From Marsupella aquatica (Eukaryota > Plantae > Marchantiophyta), in assembly GCA_973895155.1 (NCBI GenBank), contig OZ316891.1, positions 17,978,095 through 18,042,094 on the forward strand: a DNA stretch of 64,000 nt, read 5' to 3'. Numbering within the stretch: position 1 is the first letter of the stretch; every line of letters begins with the position of its first letter. This document shows, one piece after another, positions 53,987-64,000 of the stretch. Position numbers and translations under genes: made by a program. The notes below the pieces were generated by a model. That model was not told the origin of the DNA, ran no database searches, and saw only the letters and a program-made list of their open reading frames with translations.

Positions 53987-55777
53987 GGCTCTTGGTGATG
54001 CTGGCAATTAGTCACTTGCACTATGATTGTCCGAATTCCCTTTCAATAAAATCTAGCAAGTAGCATAATGGGCACGAATTCTAGTCACATTTCTGATGAA
54101 TCTAGGTACTCCTTCATCCAGAAAATGAAGCAATGACAACGCTCTTGCCTTCACGAAGGCACTTACTTAACACAGCACAATTGGTGCAGTTGTGCTCCAA
54201 TGACTCTCGCAGCATGAGCGCAGAAAATGTCCCACGCACGCAGAAGTTTGGTTAGACGAGGTTCCAAAGTGAATATGCTCATGCGAGATCTGGCCAGAAG
54301 TGGAATTCGAAATGCTACAGCTTCTGAGAGGACATGTACACAAAAGTTGGCATCGCGTGAATTGTGTGAAATAGTACCGACAATTTTCCCTGAATTGCTG
54401 GCTCCTAAGCTGGCCCATGCTGCCAAGTAAGATCCCAACCAATGGCGATCTCTCGCTCCCTCTAGCTGGATGTCTAAGTTTTAAATAATAACGAAGTGCA
54501 ATATGAGAACTACTCTCTCCCTACAGCAGACCTGCTGAACAACTTCCCGGAATATGCTCTTCAGATCCAGAATGTTGGTACGTAGGGCCATAAGGTGAAT
54601 AGAAATATGGATAGCATGGGACTGTCCACGACAGTTTTCATTCAATGGGTTGGTTGACCTTGGGGATTGGTTTTTACCAATCCCCAAGGTCAACTGCCGT
54701 TTTCACGCTGAACTTTAGCTGCATCATCATCGTTTCGTGGGGATTCGTTGTTGCCCTTACCAAATAAGACATGCACTAAGAAAGTGTACAAGTCGAGGTC
54801 CAAAGCTTGATACGAGCTGCATGTCGTGCATATGTTCCTTAATTCTATATATTACAATACATCCTTGAAGGTCGTACGTACCAACTATCCAACCCTTCAT
54901 GACTGAGATCGCTTTGTTTTAGGGAAAGTGCACGATCTCAGCCCAATATCTTTAACCCTTAAACTTTCAAAGGGAGACCCAAAAGTGCCTCTTTGACCAA
55001 GTTGATTGAGTCTACTTATCAACCAGATCACTGATTAGCCTCCCTTGACCTTGACCTTCTTTAGAGCCATCTTGCACGTAGGCAGCCCTAAAACTGCAGG
55101 CCAATTGAAAAGATGGCAGCATCTTATTTACTGAAACTTCAATGCCTACACCCACTCCTCAGGCAGGCCGGTCGTTCATTGTGGAGAACAAGGGCCACGG
55201 CTGGAAGTCCAGACCCTTAAATTGTAAATAAAATGAAATGGGACAAATTAAGCAAGGGACACCAAAAGGTTGCTCCACACATAACAGGGCCAGAAAAATG
55301 GCGTGGGTAAACAATCAAATTTTGCCCTAGGGGCCTAAAGTTTGGGGGCTGCCTATATGCTACTTGCTTTGAAGGTGAATAAAGTTGATTTTCCACATTA
55401 AATATGGTTCCTGACCCCACTAGAGGTCCCTTCCAAAATTCTTTGCACCACATTGTGTCATCTCAACAATAACAGCAACAAACAAGATTCATTAATTTTG
55501 TGAATCAAATTTATAATTTTTATTTTTGTTTATGTCAATTTGAATGTAAATTTTGAAACACCATGTCATAAAAATAAAATTAAAAAATTAAAAATATAAA
55601 TAATAATACGATTAAAACTGTCACTATGTAATCATTTTAATTACATTTCTAATTTTAAAATTTAAATTCAAAAATTTATAAAAAATATTTTTCATATAAT
55701 AAATAATAATTAATAATAAACTTGACAATTTCCTTGTCAAAGGGTAATTGACATTTGGAGTAAATTTTTTGACCATA

Positions 55778-55850
55778 AACTGCTAGCCATGGTCCAAACT
55801 GGAACACATTTTTGGCCGTAAGCTGCTAGCCATGGTCCAAACTTGAACAC
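55778..55850. repeat. Short tandem duplication
   Basis: ctgctagccatggtccaaact.gaacac occurs twice. Confidence 0.8.
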
Positions 55851-56957
55851 TCAACTAACCAAAACAATTCATTTGATGAAACATTCATCTAATTACAAAT
55901 GTCACAAATTGAATTTGGATTCTCTTAGCTTGAGAATTTAATAGCATGTACCTAAAAGTTTGTGATAACTAGATTATCAATTAGTCAAGGAGTCCACGAA
56001 CTAATTAATATAATAACATCCAGTCAAACAAATGACATGTGAGATTTAAATGTTTTCAAGTAATACTCATGAACAAAATCCTGAAGTGAATCACTTGAAC
56101 TTTGTTTTACTGCCGACCATTTGCTCCCAAAAAGTTGAGTGCTTACTCTCAACGGATAACATTCATGCGCAACGGTATACGTGCAGGATCCGAAGTATGT
56201 TCCTCAAATGTGAGATTCATTCCTAGTGAAACAGTCGAATCTTCTGCAGTTTCGTTGTAAACTATACAGAACCTGTTTCGAAACCTCCACTTCACCACTT
56301 CGATACTTTCGCTGCGAATGTCGTTCGAAGAGATGTTTCCCATTCCGGTAGAACGGTCTCCTGTGGTTGAGGTTCATCATAACGGTGTAGGTTTCAGGGC
56401 GTGCATACGATGGTGCCAGTGAAAATCTTGGTGAGCGACTAACTTATACCTGTCATGAGAAGTTACATCCCAGACAACGCAAGTTGATGATCCTCCATGT
56501 TGATCACATAGGATGAATATCGTAGAGGAGACTTCTGACGGCCTAAAAAGCAAAGAGCGATCCTGACAATCGAAAAGTAATGTTCCCCAGTTTTCTCTTC
56601 TTTGGCCTGAATATTTGCAATCCCCAATGCGTGCAGCCGCCTCTGGCCCGATCGACTTCAGCTTGTGTTCGGGCACCCTTAAGCTTTCACCACCCCCGAC
56701 CCAAAGGTGGAGGCAGAAGCCATGGTACCACCCGCAATGTGCAGGGTGAACTGAAAGAGTGCTTAAGAATTGATAAGCTCAAACTTTAGAATTTCAATGC
56801 CAGGGCAATAATCATGACTCTCGCTGAGAACCATGAGCCTGTAGGAACATAAACCAAGACTCCACTAACCATGACTCTATCAGCCAACGTACTAGGTTCT
56901 GCTAGCCAAAGTACTAGGCTCTGCCTGAACAAATCTGTGGACTCTGTTTAGCGATGA

Positions 56958-57197
56958 CTCCCCCCGAATGAAGAGTTACCAGAACTGCAACCTTGACTCC
57001 AGGAAGAAGTATTTGACAGAACATCAACCACGGCTCTCTCAGCAAAACCAATGATAAGAATACAGGGCAGCGGCAAGGATACCCCGAATGAAGAGTTGCC
57101 GGAACAGCAACCATGACTCCGGGAAGAAGTGTCACAGAACATCAACCAGGACTCTCTCAGCGAAACCAATGATAAGAGTACAAGGCAGCGGCAAGGG
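56958..57197. repeat. ~118-bp tandem repeat, two copies
   Basis: ccccgaatgaagagtt...gaacatcaacca..ctctctcagc.aaaccaatgataaga.taca.ggcagcggcaagg at ~56962 and ~57081. Confidence 0.88.
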
Positions 57198-58009
57198 TAG
57201 AGGCGAGGGTAGCGGCTCATGTATTATTGACGGAGTTCATTACCCTGCAACACACACCAACCGAAGCCGATGTAAAGGAATCATGCGGCTAAACCCTGCC
57301 TAACTTCAAACTGGAAAGAACGCGGGTGACAAAATGTGAAGGGCCGCACTGCGGAGTGTCCGAAAACAAATCGAAGTAGATCAGGCAGCACATATTGGGG
57401 ACTGGGACACATTTTTTCCCAGGGCCCTGAGAAAATTGGGGAGCATTAACTTGACGTAGATTCAAAGCAAGGTGATCGAGCGCACCCTAGGTCGCCATTA
57501 CCCAAACACTTGCGAGATAATCCCATCTCTCGAGCGTTAGACACATATCAGTGTTACACACTCGTGCATTCAAAATATTTTTGTAGAAAAGACAAGGGCC
57601 ACCGAAGTCAATTACGTACCAACCTTAAACCTAGAGAAAATCATCTACAATTATGCCCACTGAGACTACACACGTGCTCATGGAGTAATGTAACCCATGG
57701 ACACCGTGTAGAAGACCACAGCCGGCAGATACGTCTGAACACAACGGAGAGGACTCTTATCTATTCTATTGGGACTTCAATGTTTGCTACAGCAATAAAT
57801 ACAGCCGGGATGACTGCCCCCACATGATCGACTTTCAGTAAATCATTTCTTAATTTAGTGTTACAAATTACTGTTCTACAACACCTTGGGACGATGTCAT
57901 CGGTGAACGGACAATACGCACTTGACAAAAACAAGCGCTAGATCCGATAAACTTTTCACCTTATTCAAGCAGAGCTGCTCCAGGCTATCTTCTCTTCTGA
58001 AGAGACAGC

Positions 58010-60466
58010 TCAAGCAAACGAACCATTTGCACGCTGTATCACACCCAAAACCCTCTCCAGCTCTAGGAGGTCAGCATAAATGGGCTGCCTTCGAGCATAG
58101 TTCTTACAAAGCCGCATGTGATAATAACAAAAGTCCCAACCGAAAATCGAGAAGAACCACAACTTCCAGTCTCCAGGTGGCAATAATCCCAGCACAGAGT
58201 AGACGTTTAATTCCGCTGCATGCGTGAAATTCCTCAAGGCTGTGGTGTGGAATAGGTACGGAAACACCTCAACGATGATAGCGCCAGGGCGCGCAAAGAG
58301 CATAACCACGTTTTGGGAGCCATGCGGAACTACAAGTAGATCAGCTTGCGTGACTGGAGCCACCTGTTCACAAAATGAACCCAACCCACTGAGCTTATGC
58401 TCTACTGGGACGTCAAGCTGTTGAGACACCAAGTGTCCAACTTGCCGTTTGTTGCCAAGTCGACGTGGTCCCTCCAAACGGTCCAGTACTACTGCTTTGC
58501 TAATGGGCCAAGATGAATTTTCGACCGGAAGTTCACAGTAATCCAAGACCTGGGTCCTGAGCCACTGATTCGTTCTCTGGTCAGGGATGTAGCGCAAGTT
58601 AGTAGCGGCTGAAAGCAGAATGGCGTCGTGAAAACATATTGAGTCATCCTCCCTTAATGGTAGATTCATGTAGCGTACTTTTTTCTCCATCCCAATTGCT
58701 AATAAGAAGCCCCTGCCCCATTCTGATACTTCCTCCCGCGTAGAAAACCAGTGCAAATTGGGCCCGAACTGTCTCTCTAAGAGAACTGCTGGGATGAGCT
58801 TTTCTGCCTCATGATGTGGGTTCGGCTTCTTGTAGGGGAGGAAGCGTTGATCGGCCACTGCGGCCAGACCATCAATCCAATGCCATCCTTCATTGCATTC
58901 TGCGTACTCCAACTCGACAGTCAGGCGCTCTCCGTGGAAACGCATGAACTCAGGTAAAGAGGGGTCGTTGTTGTTTCGGAGCTTGCCATTCCTTGGTCTG
59001 CCTACCGGTCCATGACAAAGTTTAATCTGCGAAGGAGGAAACCAAATGCTCATATCAGGTCACAAATCGAAGATATTCAGCTTTACGATGAAGACTTGAA
59101 AGGAAACCTTCAAGGACAGGTACGTGAGTAACGCTGATCCACAGTGAATCAGGGAGGACTTCGAGGTTTCTAAGTATGTCCGGACAGAAATGCATCCTAG
59201 GCAAACATCACGTCTTTCCGACGCCGGCCTCTTTTCTTTTCATGAGCACCAGCGGAAAAGCAGCAGTGTCCCCAACATCATCTCCGACACGAGAAGGTTG
59301 CTAAGAGGTCTACAACTGAAGATAGTTCTGTGAATCCACCAGAAACAGAAAATATCACCAACTGAATCAAATCAAACCGAACTCTAAGCTCCAAAACGAC
59401 CCAAAGAGTAAAGGGAGCTGAATACAAAGCAAACTTAACCAGGAGGAAGCTCGTGCGAGGACCTCTACTTCCTCACTGAGTAACCAAACTAAAGGACCTA
59501 GAGAGTCGCTAAGACCCCAAGAACCTCAATTCTCTTCCTATCAAATGCCATGATATAGTCCCCATGCTGCCTTGGAGGTAGGGTATCACTGCAATAGAAA
59601 GATCCACAGTTACGGTATTTCCGAGAATATTTGCGCTCCATATAATCGTTAAGCTATGGAAATGTGTCAACAGTGATAGCCCCTCCGCCACCCTGTTTCA
59701 TCATCATGTGGGAATCTTTAAAAAGGTAAAACCCCGCGCAATTTGCGTGCACAGCTCCGAGTCCAGTGAAAACCGTCTGGATTAGACATCCAAGACTCTT
59801 GTCAAATAAATCTCCGTAGTTTCTTTTCAATACATTCTCGGTTTCCTCTCGACGACCTACAGTCTGTTTAAAACAGTCTCGTGATACCTGCCGTCGATAA
59901 CGCCAATCACATTCGCAAAATGCAGATTGGTCTACCCTGATGAAGTTTTGTCGAGATAATTTGGAAACCTGTGGCCACCACTGAAGCAATTCCGAATCGA
60001 AAAACCTACAGATATGCCCTCGAGTCTACCCAAATCTCCAAATAAAGTGCATGAAACACACAACGACATCCAGTAATCTGACAAATGCAGTAATCTAAGC
60101 TAACTCAGGAAAGTATGCACTAACCTTGTTGGAGGAGAAGCAAATATCGCGAACTCGAGGAAAGCAATCTGATTTGCATGAGCCCGTGCAGAATGATTTA
60201 TTATCCAAAGACACTGGAGGGAACAAATTTGGGCATGATACAGCGGGCTTGGGAGCTGGGCCGACGGAATAGTAACGAGGAGGTAGGCGAGAGGAGGAGA
60301 ACGAGTGCACTACAAATGGGGCCAGGAAGCAGATCACCAAGAGCAGGGCGCACCCCCTCAGGACGAGAGAGCGAGCATGGAAGCCTCTCAGCGGCCCCCC
60401 CCGCGAGACCGTTCGCATGTCTCCACCAACCTCCTCCCTGTGTCCGTTCAGTGCATTACCGCTCAC
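58010..60466 (-). CDS. Glycosyltransferase family 61-like type II membrane protein (2 exons: 60466-60125, 59026-58010)
   Basis: N-terminal TM segment (GCALLLVICFLAPFVV), NPHHEAEKL, and C-terminal FCEQV..VTQADLLVVPHGSQNVVMLFARPGAIIVEVFPY (GT61-like HGA/HGS motif). Donor AAG|GTTAG and acceptor TTCCTCCTTCGCAG|ATT join in frame. Confidence 0.85.
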
Positions 60467-61359
60467 TGACTCAAACCCCCTCCTCTCACTTTCTCACCTT
60501 CCTAAAGAATCGATATAGAACAAAGTTGTCGTCTTCCCCTCGTAACTGCGAGAAGGAGCAGGGAATGCAGACTGAAAGCAACCCAATGATTTCCCTTCGG
60601 ATTCCATTCACTCGTCACTCTCTCGTCATGCCCTCCATAGTTTATTTTTCTAAACAGGCAAGACCTCCCCTTCCCCAACCCTCCTTCAGCAACAGCCACT
60701 GAATCCGCTTCTTACTTCCTCCAGGAGCGAGCCGCAGGGAGAACCGCTTCAAAATCTTTTCCTGCCGTCGCACACGCAAAGGTACACGAACCAGCTTTCG
60801 TAGACTATCCGGGTTATCCTTTACTGTTGCGCTTTCACCCTTCTTTCCACCTCATAAAAATTCGTGGGGCCGAACAAAATACAAGAAGTCATCAACCGCC
60901 GACGCCTCCCTGCCAGGAAGAAATGGCCCTAAACCATTCACGAGCATCAGCATCGATACATCTTGTTGCCAGTAACCTTTCCGGACCTGAAACCTCGCTC
61001 AACAAAGTGAATGACGGAGACAAATGCAAATCAAGGAGGTCCGCCTAAAGAAGCAAACTTTTCGAGGAGTGGGAACCTCCTCAGCAATATTTCTGAGTGG
61101 CAACTCGACGGAAATAACCACAGCCCCAAGTCCTCGCCTCCTGCGAGCCCTAAATCTCAGATAGTCGTTTAGTTACTTCTCTCGCTCTCTCTCCCTCTCC
61201 CATCGCGGCTCTGCAATTGACATTCCCCGCGGATTCAATAAATCCAGCTTCATCGCTCCTACATCGTTTTCTGCTCCTCCTGCTACGGCTAATCAGAAGC
61301 TGTCCTCCGTCGTTACCCCAGTGCAGCTCCCTCTTCTTTCAATACAGCAAGTGCACATC

Positions 61360-61645
61360 GCTTTACACTCCATCCAGAGACGGTCTCACTGCTTTCGACG
61401 CTTTACACTCCATCCGCAGGTGGTCTCACTGCTTTCGACGCTTTAGACTCCACCCGCAGGTGGTCTCACTGCTTTCGAAACACTGCTATCTCCGGCCTGC
61501 CCTTCTAGAGAAAGGACCGGACAAAAAAATTGACCAGTCTCACTGTTTTACACTCCATCCACAGGTGGTCTCACTGCTTTCGCCAAACTGCTACAATTCC
61601 ATCATTTGCGGCCTGACCTTTTTACAGAAAGGACCGGACAAAAAC
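61360..61645. repeat. Nested ~41 bp and ~130 bp repeats (ggtctcactgctttcgacgctttacactccatccgcaggt; gaaaggaccggacaaaaa)
   Basis: About five copies of the gtctcactg core. Confidence 0.85.
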
Positions 61646-62514
61646 ATTCATTACTACTGTAGAGCTCGTCGTGCAGCTCAGCAGCTCATGTAAGAAGAGC
61701 ATTCCCACCAGTAGCAGCAAACATCCGCCCTGTGAGAGTTTTACCAGAATGGAGCCCACCTAGGGAAATTTGGAGGTATACTATGTTGCCAGCAAACACA
61801 AGATTTTGATAGGGAGTAAATGTTATTAGCGAGGCACTAATGGGTTCAAATTTCATTTGCTTTCCAGGTAGTTGATAGTGAGGCAGTTGGATATAGAAAA
61901 ATAGGGTCATGCAAGAATTTTTTTTGCTCGTGCCAGGAAAAATTTTATTGTTTGCTCGCATATTACAATTACCCGAGAAATTTGCATCCCCACTGTATTT
62001 ATTAAAACAACACACTTTGGCGAGTCTCACTAAAGCAATTACGGTGGGTCCTTGTGGCTTGCGAGGAACAGTAGAAACAATACTAGCTGGAACAAAAATT
62101 TCACTCACCACAGATACCCGTAAAGTCACCTTTCTTTTCATGTTGATTTCTGCAAACCATGGATGAACTTTTGATATCAGCAAAGTCCCCCATGATTAGG
62201 TGAGTCAGCAGATGGTCAAGTTAGTGAAAAATGTACTCTGACAAAACAATCTTCACATATTCAACAAAGAAAGAAGAGTCAATAACAGTTTTTACGCTTT
62301 GTCTGGGCGATAAGGTACTTTGACAAAACAAAGTCATAAGAATCAATAACAGTTTTCACATACTGTTTGCTGATTAAGTTACGCTCTTGAGAAACAAAAC
62401 TGAATTGATGCTCACGGAAAGGCAATAAAATCCCTTACATGAACGAGGAATCTCTTGGTAGATGCCACTTGAATTCTTGTGGTGCTCAACATAGTCTTTC
62501 TTCAAGTGGTTATC

Positions 62515-64000
62515 ATGGCTGGCCGTGTGAGGATCACGTTTCCAGACAATGGAGACATTGTTGTGCTTGCGACTGATGGTGTTGTTTGGCATACACCAGA
62601 CAACAAATTAGCTTGTTGGTTTGATGTTGAGATTGGGGAGTGGGCACTCTTTGAGGCCAGCAACGTCTTACCATTGATTGAGGCAGACTCAAAGGAGAGT
62701 GGAGAGGAAAGGATAATGCATCTGAAAAGTGAAGTTTCGTAAGTCCTTCAGCAGAGGTTGTGCTTTGTTCCTCTTACTGAAGTTTGTTTGCAATCTCAAA
62801 CCGGAGAGAAGATTTCAGAGTGGTCGGTAGAGGTAGAGCAAGCCAAATTTCTTGAGAGTGTTGTTGCAGCAATGCTAAAAGGGAAAGGTGCATCGCGATG
62901 TGTAAAGGCTGCCCATACCATTCTCAAAGTGCATTATCCCCAACAAGTCATGAATCTGCCTGAATGGTATGATGGGGATTGCATTTTTGAGCTCCCCCAT
63001 TCACAGGTATCCACACAAAGGGTGCCTTCTTCTTGGGTATGGAGCAAAGAAATGACTACTACCTGTGGAGCAAGCTCATCGAGACAGGGGCCGAAATTGG
63101 ACCTAAGCTGAACAAGGGAGGCTTCAAGTATAATAAGATTGGGAATGTGAGATGTCTCTGCTCTTTGCAATGTCAACATTTAGATTGTCCGGATTTTACA
63201 AGTAAGAATGAGCGCAATTCCACAGAATGGCAACGAGATAGGGGTGGGAGAAATGAGATTCCATTTCGTTGGGCAACTAGTTCCAGCAGAGAGTGTGATT
63301 TGCGCCTTTTGTGATCAGCCTCCTAAGTGTATAGCCAAGTGTCCAGCCAAAATGTTCTACATCACTCCGATCTCTCATGACCATTACATTTACAAGCACA
63401 TGACACGTGTTGCTATGCATGTTGGGAGTCACTCACATCCGGCCAAATTTATTCTCAAGAAAGATCGAAAAGCTTTCTTACATAAGTTGATGGAGGAGAA
63501 ATTGAAGAAGAATTCTCATGCAGTGTTGTCTATGATCAAAAGTGACACAATTAAAGCTCTAAGGGATATATTTGATGACAAGGTTGTTGGGATTGTCACA
63601 TTTGAGGAAGTGCGGGATCTGAATGAAACATCAGATCAGTTGTAAGATCTATGATACAGAGCATACGCAAGTATACCCATGCCTCATCCGACCTCTAAGT
63701 CATCCTTGATCTTCAAAAAGAAACAATGTTTTCATTTGTCTAGAGCACTCTATTTCCAAACCAAAAGCTAGATACAGATGAGCACCCACACATTAATTTT
63801 CAAGATAACTGTAAAGGGTCCACGGTCTGGAGTCGATCTCATTTGAAGGATGCAACCTGGTGGAGATCTACAAGACTCATGGGTGATATTTAATGTTATG
63901 CATCGGATGACTCAGAAGCAATGGTGCACAATGTCAGCTCATGTATACGACCACCTATACAGAGGTCTATGCACAATTTTGTATGCAAGCTAGTTTCGAA
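62515..64000 (+). mobile_element. Mutator-like transposase N-terminal/core region (Cys/His-rich), pseudogenised, runs off the window
   Basis: LPEWYDGDCIFELP, CLCSLQCQHLDCP, CAFCDQPPKCIAKCPAKMFY..MTRVAMHVGSHSHP, then GPRSGVDLI*RMQPGGDLQDSWVIFNVMHR..WCTMSAHVYD. Stops and frameshifts are present. Confidence 0.7.

Noticed and set aside
59654-59989. ORF as a middle exon of the GT61-like gene
   Set aside because: Exon 1 splices in frame to a strong acceptor at 59026 without it, and its own acceptor is weak. Treated as intronic.

Overview
Eukaryotic nuclear DNA from a land plant, very likely a liverwort: the embedded plastid rpoB, petA and rps15 fragments read like liverwort sequences, and chlN is present. 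Bases 1-21.4 kb are a nest of decayed transposons: LINE pieces, a Ty3/Gypsy chromovirus with a MULE-MITE inside pol, and a CACTA element. Three intact spliced host genes follow: TASH3 of the TPLATE complex (22827-32599, +), a 3-hydroxyisobutyryl-CoA hydrolase-like gene (50612-53986, +) and a GT61-like glycosyltransferase (58010-60466, -). The most striking structure is a ~3.2 kb patchwork at ~35379-38617. It holds at least 16 short plastid genome fragments in both orientations, plus unassigned pieces, and sits inside the SWIM zinc-finger codons of a Mutator-like transposase; removing it restores the CxC...CxH motif in frame. All identifications come from manual reading and recalled homologues; no searches were run.
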